From Tricharina praecox (Eukaryota), in contig NW_026250432.1 of assembly GCF_024521635.1 (NCBI RefSeq), positions 434,001-481,516 on the forward strand: a DNA stretch of 47,516 nucleotides, in the 5' to 3' direction. Below, one piece after another: positions 35,982-47,373 of the stretch; within the stretch, counting starts at the first letter, position 1; each line of letters begins with the position of its first letter. A program made the position numbers and the translations under genes. Under the pieces are notes generated by a model, which did not search any database, was not told the origin of the DNA, and saw nothing but the letters and a program-made list of their open reading frames with translations.

Positions 35982-38318
35982 ATGGCCGACGCGCAGCATC
36001 TCAGTCCGCCGACGGAACTACATGGCCGTACTCCTACTCGTACAGCCAGCAATCGCGGGCGTCCATTGTCCAGAGCCTCGCGGCAGCACAGTCCGTCTGG
36101 CACGGAGCTCGATGGTCATAAACTTGCATCTAAACACCAAAAGCGGTCGCAGTCCGGTTCGGATTCGGGTTCGGCGGTGTTGTGTTCCAGGCATCACGCT
36201 CGCGACCGATCTCAGGATTCGGGATTGCAGAACTTTCCAGCTCTGGCAGGATTAGACGCAGGTGGATGGCATATTCTCAGGAGCGGAACACAGATGCCCG
36301 AATTGTAGGAATCATGTTCACTTGGTCGACACCACCGCGAGCTAATGAGTCAGTTCGAAGGGATGATGTAGAACAGATACGAGAAGCGTTACTAAGGCGA
36401 GGAGGGAAGAACCTGTGGCAGATTTTCGGAGACAGGAACTATGTCGTGGTCATGTGTACCCATCCAGACGGTACAATCGAAGCGTCGAACGTTTCCGAGA
36501 GCCAGGAACTTTTGAAACGTCTCGAAGCGGTAAGAACACTGAAATCATGGATGGTTCGGTGAAGACTTACCGATTATAGGAAGCACCGAAGTCCCAACAA
36601 TTGTACGGATATCCATCCCTTCTACATTCGCGAGTTCATCATGGTGAAAATCTAATATGGTGATTTCGGTGGTCCGCCTATATTCGCGCTAAACAATGTT
36701 TTGGCAGTTATATCACGATGAACACGAGGAACGAAAAAAAAGGAACTTCAAATATCGGTAAATATCTTCGAGCAACTCGCACTCCACTATGATTTCCCCG
36801 TGGCATTCATCTAGACATTGTTTGACTACGATCGGCAACCTCGTCACTACGCATTTGGAAGTAGGGTGCAGTGCTATAGACCGGGGCCCAAGATACAAGG
36901 TATCCTATTCGTTGGAATAAAAGAAAGTACATATTATCGTGCTGACGAGCTATAGACTTTTGGTATACACTACCGGTTCGTCTGGCAATGAATTGCTCAG
37001 ATCCCCAGGGATCACATCGAGATGCTACGGCAGGGACATACCAACACAATGCTTCCAATCTCCTCCACCTTCACAACCAAAGGATTGACATCCGACACCA
37101 CGACCTTGCTGTACTCTGTCGCCACGACCTAGAGAACAAAAAGACGACTGTCATCTGCGTCAACTTTCATTCCCGCGTTCCACAGACCATCAAAGACCTC
37201 GGGGACCGAGTTTTTCGTGCATTGAATAGTGGCGGCACGGCGATGAACGACCGAAACCCCCTTTGGGTGAACCTTGTTTATATTGGCCAAGTGCTGTACG
37301 GTTGGAAGGTGGCATTCGAATATTTTGCGGCCGAATTGAACATCCATGTATGTTGATCATTGGATACTAGTGGAAGGAGAAAATGATGGCGATGCTGACC
37401 GGTTGTCGACGGCTAGGAGACAGAAATCGAAAAGAAAATGACAACCCAAGCGTAAGCTATACAGAAGTCATCGGCGACCGAAAGAACACGAGAAACCGAA
37501 AATGCGGAGAAAAACCGGATGCTCAAGACGAACCGAGCGCTTCATGCTATGGCCGCCCACTGCCTCCGATACAAAACCGAGGTCTATACTGTTACTACGG
37601 TGGTGAAAGCGTTGATGGAGCACCACGAGGAGATATCCGGAGAAATGAAGATACACGATGACGAGAGAGACAGAGTTCGTAGGGCGATGAAGCAACAGCT
37701 TGCGGAGGTTGTTGCTATCTCCAGATCGCAGGAAGAGTTGGCCAAGAAAACAAGTAACACACTGGCGTTGGTTAGTTAGCATTGTTCTGCTCAGCCGCGA
37801 CTTTCTGCGGATCGAATGCTGATTATCCGATCAAACAGTTGTTTCATTCTGTTCAAGCAGATTACGACCAGCAGCAGGTCGCCAATGGTGTCGAACTTCA
37901 AAAGATTTCTCTGGCCAATCAAGTCGAGGTCCAGCAAACTAGAAAGGACAGCTTTGCGATGAAGACCATCGCCATTATGACCGTGTTTTTTCTACCCGGA
38001 ACTAGCATTGCGGTAATCTTCACTACCTCTTGTTGCACTCAGACTGATGGATAGGAATTTCAAAGGCAATACTGGCTCTACCGTATTTCGAGGGCACCGC
38101 CGCCCACAGGACTTTATGGATATGGGCCGTGCTGGCAATAGCGCTGACTGGGATAGTGCTTGGACTGTTTCGGTTTCTATCAAGGCGAAAGAATAAACAT
38201 GCATCCTCCGATCTGGAGAATGCACGAAGTGGGGGGTAACGAGGAAGGCGGAGACGGCGGAGACGATGAAGAAGGCAGAGAAGATAGTAGGCGAAGAACA
38301 GGACTCAGCGATGGTTAA
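35982..38318 (+). pseudogene. Fungal CorA-like (Mg2+ transporter-like C-terminal 2-TM) protein gene, multi-exon, apparently disrupted
   Basis: Spliced C-terminus RKDSFAMKTIAIMTVFFLPGTSIA-AILALPYF..LWIWAVLAIALT is typical of fungal CorA-like proteins; internal blocks DFWYTLPVRL and NRALHAMAAH. In-frame TAG at 36812-36814, TAA at 37453-37455, and an apparent +1 frameshift in the A8 run at 36734-36741. Confidence 0.75.
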
Positions 38319-40095
38319 GAGTGGGAAGAAGGACCGGTGATGGTGCAGGGCAATCATCAATGTATATACCGAGAATATTCAGGTTGAAACTACACCAGCC
38401 CGTTTTCCAGAGAGGCCAGCTTTTTGAACAAGAGACCGGCCCCATGGTAAAGCGGTAGGTTATTTAATTAAACCGACCTCCGGGAATGTGGTTTGGTGAA
38501 TTCAACGTTTATGCCCACGGCTCGGCTGTTCTGCTCGCAAATCTTTAGAAATACTAGTCCATCGGTAACTAAAGTTAAGGTAATGTTCCTTCGTATCCGT
38601 TTCTCACCTATCTTGAACATACCAACTCTAATCAACCCACAATATCCCATGCTATTCCGGCAGATACCATATTGCGCCCACCGTCCTTCGCCGCTCTCAA
38701 GTTGCGGCGTTGAAGTCCCTCCTGGCAGTGAAGCTCCTACCGCTATTCTATCCTCCTGTTTCCTTTCGCCTGTTATCCTTCTCTATCTCTCGCCATCGCC
38801 GCATGTAGTTACCCTAATCGCGAGCCTTGTCGAGAGCATACTTCACAGCATGACTGCGAGCTTGACCGAAAGCTTAGTCGAGAGCGTAGTAAAGAGCATG
38901 CTAGAAAACATGACCGAGAAGATACTGGAAAGCATAAAGGTGACTCGTATGCCAGCGCGCATGACCGAGAGTGTAATGGAGGACCTTCATGTGAGAATAT
39001 TGATGTACGGCGGAAGCGTACCGGAAAGATGTGGGGTGAAAAACGGTTCTTTCTAGCTGCCGCGGGAGAAGCTCCTCTTGCAGCTGTCAATACAAATCTT
39101 CCTCCCTGCCTACCCCACTGGTAGGTCACGAATACAGCCTCGTACATACTCAGGCTGCCCGTTCGGTGCAAGGTAGTTACTTGTGTCTCAAACGAGCGTT
39201 CAAAGCAGTCGCGTATGTAATCATCCTGATACTGTACGTGCATACGTCAGAGCTTGCTATGAGCGAAATCACGACTCTTCACCAGACTCCTTCCCCTCCT
39301 TGTCTTCGCTTTGCATCCCCTATCTGGCCACCTTTTCCCTCACTCTGTTTCTTTGATTTCGATCGCTTCCGTCACCGATAACGCAATAATGAGGGGACGC
39401 AGGAGCGGCAAGGGCAGCACGGGTAGACGGTTGTGAACCGCTGCATTCCCAAGAGGTTCTTTTCCGATTGTGCGTTTACTTCCCAGGTGCCATTACTGAG
39501 ATGCGCCGGTTCCAGCTTCGTCGGCTTCTCTACACCCGAAACCGCTGCAGCACTCAATACGCCCGGGTATACACCATCGCACCCATCGGTCCTCCTATGC
39601 CACTACGTGGCCGTCTCACCCGCGGTAACACCCAAGCGCTCACCTCTCCGTGCAGAACGAACTCCCTCTTTCCACATCCAGCCGCTTTCCTGATTGATAG
39701 GGAGAGTCCACCTGCAGCAGACTCCCGGTCATACGATTCCCGCGTTATGCGACGGAAGCCTCTAACGCGAAAAACGAATTCTCCGCTCCCTGTCAACCGA
39801 TGCTGCAAAGTATATACCGGAACATCTACCGGCAGGCGGCTCAGAAATCGGTGGTGTACGCAACTTACATGTTTCGGTGTAGTTTAGGCGCGAGTGCGGC
39901 ACAGGTTTCTCGAACCGCAGGCTAATCAATCGATAAATCTATCGCGGAAAAAGATGATGAGCGCTTCGAATTCTTCCGTGCGGAACATGCTATAAGTAGT
40001 TCGGCCGTTCTGGGTTTCCCAAATTAAAACTTCGACACGACCAACTTCTTGTGGATCATAACGTGACACCGCCCGATCTCGATATAAACGGAACG

Positions 40096-41474
40096 ATGGC
40101 AGCCGCAGCCGCAATGGATCACGTAAGTGCAATCTGAGTGCCTTTGAATTGACCGCGAGCTGACATAGGAGGCGTCGGGTAGTTGGAAGTCAGCACCGAC
40201 GACGACGATTCGTCGGATTACTCCAGCAGCTTCACGCAGAGCTCGACGCATAGCATTACAAGCTCGATTGTGGACTACGTTTACGAGAATGGTAAGCCAC
40301 ATCGCTCGCACCCATCCCGGAGGAGCGATGCTGACCAAGATAGGAAGACGGTATCATCGCTACCAGGAAGGAAAATATATGCTTCCGAATGATGAGGTTT
40401 GTTATCCTATTTCCCAATCTACGTCGAATAGTTGTGCTCACACACCGAGGGATAGGCGGAACAAGACAGGTTAGTAGCCCTACCGGCACGAGCACTCGAA
40501 GGCCGATGATTGAGATCCGGAACAGACTCGACTTGTATCATCACCATGAGTTACTCACGCTCCACGGGAACCTTTACGTTGCAATCCTTCCGGTGAAGCC
40601 GCAGCGTATCCTGGACTGTGGCACTGGAACTGGAATCTGGGCGTTGGATATTGGAGAGGTTTTTCCATCGGCGGAAGTGATCGGAGTAGATTTGAGCCCC
40701 ATTCAGCCAGAATGGTATGCCAACACCTGAATACGAAGAATTGGTGGCGTAGCTGACGTAACGTGTGCAGGGTGGTGCCTAATGTCCGTTTCGAAGTCGA
40801 CGATCTGGAGATGGACTGGACCTACCATCCCGATTACTTCGATTTCATCCACTCACGCAACATCGCCCAAAGCATCCAGGACTGGCCCAGATATGTGAGG
40901 CAGATGTACAAGTAAACTCCACCCTTCGCTCTCCTTCTCCATTCCACTAGCTAACGTGGTGTAGACACACGAAACCAGGCGGCTACATCGAACTCGCGGA
41001 AACATCAACCAGAATATATTCCGACGACGAGTCACTGACCGGCAGTACGTTGGGATTGTACAACGAAAAATTCAACAAGGCTCTCGAGATAGCCGGATTG
41101 ATGTTTCCAACAGGGGAGACTCTGAAGAAGTTTGCCAAGGCTGCCGGCTTTGTGGATGTTAAGGTGCACTCTATCAAGCAGCCATGGGGTTCATGGCCAA
41201 AGGATCCGGAAATAAAGAGGCGGGGCATTATCGCCGCGATGATTTGTACTACTGGTCTGGAGGTCTGTCGCCACCCCAAAATCCCGCTCTCAATACTTCC
41301 TTTGCTGACTAGTTACTACTATAGTCCTACGGAATGGCTCCTCTGACCAGATACATGGGCATGAAGCCTGAGGAGGTGTTGAAGATGTGTGTCAATTCTA
41401 TGGTGGAGGTGGACAGTCGCAAGGTGCATGCGTATACTATTCTGTATCATGTGGTGGGGAGGAAGCTGGAATAG
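40096..41474 (+). CDS. Second LaeA-like SAM-dependent methyltransferase; exons 40096-40122, 40183-40291, 40344-40396, 40456-40469, 40526-40714, 40771-40911, 40965-41262, 41325-41474; 326 aa
   Basis: YVYENGRRYH, YMLPNDEAEQDRLD, ILDCGTGTGIWA, GVDLSPIQPEWVVPNVRFEVDD, TKPGGYIE, PWGSWPKD, VVGRK. Seven GT-AG introns, including a 14-nt microexon, give an intact frame. Confidence 0.93.
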
Positions 41475-43664
41475 TGGTATCGTTTTTACTCAAGATTTTG
41501 CTGTGAGATCAAAGAATTGGATCCAATGACGAAAGCAGAACCACCATCTGAGCTGAGTGGTACCGACTGATGTGAGATCCTTTGACCATGACGATCTCTC
41601 AGAAGGAAGCATAAATGGTGTGCTTTGCTTGAGTTGGACAGGGCGGATCAAGATGTGCTCGGGAGGAGCGTGCAGTTGAAGCAGTTGAAAGAGACACCGC
41701 CGTTGAGGAAGTGTGACAGTAATTAATTTTCTACTTATGTCCACCGGCGGCTCGTGATTATTCTAACAGTATGTACCATATGATTGAGGGGATTGCCGGC
41801 ATCGAGTATGTACCTGATCATTTTCGTGATTGTTCGGATCGGGTCTCAGCTCGGCCGCACAGAAGGGATGAAAGTACCGAATCACACGGCCGTCTCGCTG
41901 CTGGCCCCTTCAGTGGCCATTCTGAACAGTTCCCCTCCATTCGGCAAGATTGGACGTAGCTAGCGCACCCAGGTGATCTCCGAACCCGCCGGACCAAATC
42001 AATGAATGTACAACCCATATTCCTGTTGAATGTATGCTAAGACTCCGGGATGAGGGCAGGAGAGCGGGGAAGGCGGAGTTAAGTTTGCTTACGCGGAGAG
42101 GGGAGGCGAGGATATATATCCTGGGTGAGCAGCTATAGCTAGAACTACGGGAATCACAAGCAGCAGTTCGCACTCGTATAATTGTTCACTCCCTTCCCTA
42201 GGCGAGCGCACCCCCGTGACAAGCCCTGGTGAATCTCGTCCCGACACGACGATAAATACGTGCCCGAATTGACGTTGCATAGTACATGCTCATCACGATG
42301 AACAGTCCAACATAGAAAGGATGAAACATTCGGTGCTAGATTGGGATATACCTTGGGCGTGGAGCATTGCTGCCCTCCGTGAGACGATCACAGCTGCACT
42401 GGGAGAGTCTACCCATGCTATTTCGGAGAGTAAGCCCGGAGAGTCCCGCCTACTAAGAAGTCTGGCCGGATGTACCTATGGGAGTCGACGAATCTAGTGC
42501 CGAGTCGGCGATGCATAATACCCGATGTCAGATCTAGACGTCCGATAACTCCGGAAGACACCTTCCGCACCGGAGGACAATTTGGGCACCGGGGCGGCGA
42601 TGATAGGAGCCGGACGCCAAATGGCGAACCGTCAGCTATGATCTGTATAAATATATGTAGAGGACTTACTGCTATGATGAGACGAATACGCATCAGGTTT
42701 CCCATCACTGCTACCTTTCACACCGGAAACAATGAAGAATTCAGTAGCGGCTCGATAACGGATGCAGTGCCGAACTTTCAACTTGGATACATGCCGGCAT
42801 CAAAGTTGGATACATCTTCAAAGCGGCAAGAAACATTTTGCTGGAACGCCGGCAAATGTGTTCCTTAATCCGAGGCTACCCAGAGAGCCGAGCATAGTTG
42901 CATTGCGAGACAGCCTTAAGCCCAGCGAATCTGGGATAGGCTCACTTAGGGAGGAGCCAGGTTGGAAATCAGAGAGACGTAGTCCTGGCGAGATGAGCAT
43001 TGTTGTACGACGAGAGTTCGACCGGATATTGTCGACTATACCCAGCGAATCCTTCTTATCTACATTCGAGGGGTCGGCCGGAGGTTAGAGCGTATGTCCG
43101 GCAACACGAGCGTGATTGAATTCCGAGAGCACGCCCGGCGAGTCCTACACAGCTGGAGTGCGAGAGTCCGACGAAATCTCAGAGAGTAGGTACGGGCCGT
43201 GGTCAAGGGTTTATAGCTGAATTGCGGTTGCAAACTCGCGGATCGGCGGCCTCCAGTACCACCAAAACAGCGATTTGAGCATCCCACGGCCCAGGAGCAT
43301 TCCCAACTACTGCCCCGACAGAGTACTTTGTACGACCAAGACGCTTCCTCAATGCGTGAGATTCAATCACGTGGTTCCGTGTCCATCAGTGCAAAACCCA
43401 TGGCTACAATTGGCGATTCGTCAAAGCAAGCGAGTGATACATTGTGAGCACTCACAAGCGTGACAGTTTATGATGCTAAATGTACTGGGTGATATTCCAC
43501 AATGTAGGATCTATTGCGTGGCATATTATGATGGAGTCTATCCAATTATCTCACATTACAGTTTGCTCTTTGAAATGGAACCAGCAAGGTGTGAGACTGG
43601 AACGGTTTCAGGACAGTCATGTAACACTCCAATAGACTGTAATAAAGTACACTGGGCAAGTACT

Positions 43665-44163
43665 TGTAATAGTACGGCCGGGCAGGGCTCCACATAGCGA
43701 AGACGGGTGGACACGTGGACAGGAAGCCGGGCGAGCCAGGACAAGACGAGTCGGAAAGACAAGGCAAGGCGAGATTCAGTGCAGGTGTAATGGCACGGTC
43801 GGGCAAGGCTCCAGGTAGCGAAGTCGGGCTGGGGATCGGGTTCTGGGTTCGGCAGAGGCAAGACGGGTTCAGGGGACAAGGTGAGGCAGGACTCAGTGCA
43901 GACGGCAACTGTGACACCCCGATAGCTATCGGAGGACACGACGGTCGCAAGAGATGTGATTAGATAGTTCGGGTGATTAGAATAGAGTTGCGAGCCGAAA
44001 GGATAGTTAGAAGCGATTGAGGACAAGATAGGAAGGAGGGAGCAAACGGATTCCAGAGTCTAGACAGTGATCGGAGATGCGGGAGATCGGGATAACAGTT
44101 CAGAAGACTTTGAGATCTCCGTTCATAGGGCCCCGCAGTAGGAACTCCGATCCAGGGAAAAAC
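43665..44163 (-). mobile_element. Stack of partial, related LTR ends (probable nested solo or remnant LTRs)
   Basis: Two homologous segments of about 121-124 bp each begin with TGTAAT (43665, 43786), and a third segment begins TGTGACAC (43910). Motifs such as GGACAAGG..GCAGACGGCA and GGAACTCCGAT are shared with the adjacent LTR. Confidence 0.5.
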
Positions 44164-45040
44164 TGTTATGACGAGAGAATCGAACATCGACCGATGGGGG
44201 CAGACAACTTCGAGCGAAGAACTCTGCCGGCGCATGAGGGAGACAATTGCTCGGAAACCCCGATCTATCTTGGGCGCGTGGTGTTTACCACCTGCCTAGT
44301 CGAGAAGACTATCCGAAGAGAGCTGACGACGACTCGAGGCTAGGCCGCGGAACTCCGATGCAAAGGAAGCAACGGAGCTACGTTAGGCCGCACTCAAGAG
44401 GAATCACGTGCTGAGGATCGGAACGACTATAAGTCGAACCGAGCAGGCAAACCGAACCAAACTACAATCATCGCACCGAACAAACCATCGAAGAAACACC
44501 CTTAAGATTATTCCGTTGTGGATTATCGAAATCCCTGACTTTTATTCTATCCTCGACTTTACTATAGACTCCGACGACACAAACCCGTCCCAGTCTCACA
44601 GCAACTGAGAACAGAGGCAGGGACAAGGACTACGGCGCAGACGGCAGCCGAGGCAAGGACAGAGGTAACAGTGATTGAATTAACAAGTTGTTGCGTGAAG
44701 AACTAAATACAGAGGGGCAACGGCCCGTTTATATAGAAAATCCTCCACTTCTTCCCGCAACCTGACAATGACCGTGGGCATGTGCCAGACCCTGAGAAAT
44801 CCACCTTGCCAGTACCCCACTTCCGTGACTCATACCCTGCGCAGCCGCACTACCCCTGCTTCCTGCACACAGCCCCAATCTACTGCGGCTCATCGCTGCG
44901 CTATCCCTGCTCCCTGCACACAGCCCCAAATCCTCTGCGACTCATCCTTGCACTGCCTGTGCACTGCCTCTGCACTGCCCCCCAACTCTCCCGATCCTTG
45001 TGCCGACCCTCCCTTCGTCATTCCATCGCGAGCCGTGACA
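44164..45040 (-). repeat. 3' LTR (about 877 bp; TGTCACGG...TCATAACA on the minus strand), preceded by PPT (AGGAGGGA, 45053-45046)
   Basis: TGTCACGG starts 5 nt after the purine tract. TATATAAA at about 44735-44728, AATAAA at about 44546-44541, and a 51-bp duplicated U3 block at 44847-44946. The left boundary is inferred from TGTTATGA at 44164 and cannot be confirmed without the other LTR. Confidence 0.7.
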
Positions 45041-47373
45041 GTAGTCCCTCCTAAGGCTCGAGTTCCCACGAGAGCAAGTTCGACTGGTCCAGGCTGCATG
45101 GGGTATCGTCGATGGAAGTCGTCCACAGCTTGTACCTCGGTAAGGTTCTCCTCTGGTTCCCATGTTGGTGCCGCGTAGCCTCTCCATTTTACCAGGTACT
45201 GGAGTTTGCCCCTGAGGTTCCGGCTGTCGAGGACCTCTTCAACCTCCCATTCTTCTTGGTCGTCCACGATTACCGGAAGTGGTGGCGGTGGAATTTGTCC
45301 AGGGAAGGGATCGTCAGCGGAGGCATGAAGGAGGGATACAGGAAATGTTCGCTGCTTCTGAACGGTGTCCGGGATGTCCAATTCGTAGGCGTGGGTTCCG
45401 ATGGTCCGAATCACACGGTAGGGACCATGGTGTTTGTTTTCCAGCTTGCGACTGGGTCTCTCGGTGCGCCAGTTACGACCATCCACCCATACCATGTCGC
45501 CTGGTTGGAAGGCTGGCGCAGGTGTTCGGTGTCGGTCGGAGCCGTCCTGTTGCCGTGCCTGGGCATACCGCATTTGGCTGCGGGCGACGTCGTGGATTTG
45601 ATGCAACCGTTCCGCTGCACTCTGAGCTTGATGTTCCTCCTTGGTGTCGACACGGATATCCAGCTCAAAGTCACACCGTGGGTGGTATCCTAGGTTAGCG
45701 AAGAATGGGGACAGGGTAGTCGTGTCGGAGACCTGGTTGTTGCCAGCGAATTCGGCCAAGAAGAGGTAGTCGACCCAGTCATCCTGGAGGTAGCTGACGT
45801 ACGCGCGGAGGTGCTGTTCCATGACGGCGTTCATCCGTTCAGTTTGGCCGTCGGTCTGGGGGTGGAAGGCAGTTGACAGGCGTGGCTCGATCTTGAGGCA
45901 TGAGCATAGGTGTTTCCAGAATCTCGAGGCAAACTGGGGACCCCTGTCCGAGACGATGGTTTCTGGCAACCCGTGGTACCTGAAGATCCGGTCGCAGAAC
46001 AGCTCGGCCAGTCCTTCCGAGGTGATGGTCTTGGTGCATGGTAGGAGATGGCGTTGCTTGGTCAGTCGGTCAACAAAAACACAGATGGCGTCAAACCCCT
46101 TTGAGGCCAGTAAGCCAGTGACAAAGTCGACTGAGATGTGTTGCCATGGCTTCTCGGGTACTGGGAGGGGGCGCAGGACACCATAGGGTGCGTGCCGGGT
46201 GGCCTTGGTTCGTCGGCAGGTGTGGCAGTTTCGGACAAACTGGTCAACGTCCTTTCGCATCTGTGGCCAGTAGTACCTTCGAGCAAGTAGTTCCAGGGTT
46301 TTTGCGCGCCCTGGGTGCCCTATGGTCGGTGGGCCGTGATGGTCCTGGATCAGTCGTAGTCGGAGTCGGTCGTACTCTGGAACATAGAGGCAGTCTCGGT
46401 AGATCAGTCGCCCGTTGACTTCGCGGCATTCGGCCAAGGAGATCTCCTTCGAGTGGCGTGTACCATTTCGGAGTAGCTCGAGGATTCGATTTGGGACGGG
46501 GTCTATGTCGTACCCTTCTGTTATCAGTGACGTGAGGAGGGGACGGTCTTGTTCAGGTGTGTTGGTTGCTGCCAACCGGAGTTCTTCCGGTAGGTTGTCC
46601 GGTTTCAGGACTGCCTGCTGGTTGGCGAGCAGTCTTTCATCCCCTTCTTTAGGGAGGTCTCCTGACCTCCTGGTCAGTGCATCCGGTTTTCCTCCCGCTT
46701 TGCCTGGTCGGTAGACAATCTTGAAATGGAAACGGGAAAGGAACTCTGACCATCGCGCTTGTCGTCGGTTGAGTAGTTTCGTTGTCATGAAATACTCCAG
46801 ATTCTTGTGGTCGCTTAGGACTTGGATGGGGTGAGGAGCGCCCTCCAGATGTGGTCTCCACTCCTCAAAGGCGCGGATGATTGCAAGGAGTTCTTTGTCA
46901 TAGATCTCGTAGTTGCATTCTGCCGGGGAGTGTTTCTTGGAATAGAATGCCACTGGGTGCAGAATTCCCTCGTCGTCGTACTGAGATAGGACTCCGGCAG
47001 AGACGTAGTCGGAGGCGTCAGTTTCCACTACTATCTGCCGATCGTAGTCGAAGTGCCGGAGGATCGGGGCCGAGGTGAAAGCTGTTTTTAGTTCGTCGAA
47101 TGCTTTCTGCTGTTCTGGTCCCCACACGAAGGGAACATACTTTCCATCCTCCTTCTTGGTCAATGCTGTCAGTGGGGATACCACCTTGGAATAGTCTTGG
47201 ATGAATCGCCGGTAGAAGTTCGCAAATCCCAGAAAGCATTGCACATCGGTGACGGTACTCGGCTCCTCCCATTCCAGTATGCAGGAGACTTTCGCTGTGT
47301 CCATCTTGATCCCGTTTGTTGTAATGATCAGTCCCAAATACTTGACTTCCGTCTGGTAAAAAAAATGACATTT
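44890..47373 (-). CDS. pol: Truncated Pol polyprotein (RT thumb, RNase H, integrase, chromodomain)
   Basis: KC..YQTEVKYLGLII, FLGFANFYRRFI, VETDASD, YEIYDKELLAI, SDHKNL, HHCC zinc motif (HH..GHPG..CHTC), VDFVTGL, VSDRGPQF, HPQTDGQTER, GPY, chromodomain EWEVEEVL..YLVKWRGY..TWEPEENL. Confidence 0.97.
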   Translation of the reverse strand, partial: KCHFFYQTEVKYLGLIITTNGIKMDTAKVSCILEWEEPSTVTDVQCFLGFANFYRRFIQDYSKVVSPLTALTKKEDGKYVPFVWGPEQQKAFDELKTAFTSAPILRHFDYDRQIVVETDASDYVSAGVLSQYDDEGILHPVAFYSKKHSPAECNYEIYDKELLAIIRAFEEWRPHLEGAPHPIQVLSDHKNLEYFMTTKLLNRRQARWSEFLSRFHFKIVYRPGKAGGKPDALTRRSGDLPKEGDERLLANQQAVLKPDNLPEELRLAATNTPEQDRPLLTSLITEGYDIDPVPNRILELLRNGTRHSKEISLAECREVNGRLIYRDCLYVPEYDRLRLRLIQDHHGPPTIGHPGRAKTLELLARRYYWPQMRKDVDQFVRNCHTCRRTKATRHAPYGVLRPLPVPEKPWQHISVDFVTGLLASKGFDAICVFVDRLTKQRHLLPCTKTITSEGLAELFCDRIFRYHGLPETIVSDRGPQFASRFWKHLCSCLKIEPRLSTAFHPQTDGQTERMNAVMEQHLRAYVSYLQDDWVDYLFLAEFAGNNQVSDTTTLSPFFANLGYHPRCDFELDIRVDTKEEHQAQSAAERLHQIHDVARSQMRYAQARQQDGSDRHRTPAPAFQPGDMVWVDGRNWRTERPSRKLENKHHGPYRVIRTIGTHAYELDIPDTVQKQRTFPVSLLHASADDPFPGQIPPPPLPVIVDDQEEWEVEEVLDSRNLRGKLQYLVKWRGYAAPTWEPEENLTEVQAVDDFHRRYPMQPGPVELALVGTRALGGTTVTARDGMTKGGSAQGSGELGGSAEAVHRQCKDESQRIWGCVQGAGIAQR

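Larger units (their letters stand above)
44164..47373 (-). mobile_element. Ty3/Gypsy chromovirus LTR retrotransposon, 5'-truncated (gag, protease, most of RT and the 5' LTR absent), capped by telomere
   Basis: Uninterrupted pol with RT C-terminus, RNase H, integrase and chromodomain, followed by a polypurine tract and a TG...CA-bounded LTR. Confidence 0.95.

Noticed and set aside
38493..39056. 187-aa ORF with S/E/M-rich helical periodicity
   Set aside because: No recognisable domain, clear start or splice structure; may be a relic but cannot be supported.
41500..43300. Coding-like fragments distal to the second methyltransferase
   Set aside because: Multiple stops and frame changes with no identifiable motif, including no RecQ telomere-linked helicase motifs; left uncalled.
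1..47373. tRNA, 5S rRNA, telomerase RNA template or Starship captain (DUF3435) gene
   Set aside because: No cloverleaf/T-loop, 5S signature, full CTAACCCTAA template or tyrosine-recombinase ORF recognised by eye; a covariance-model scan would be needed to exclude ncRNAs.
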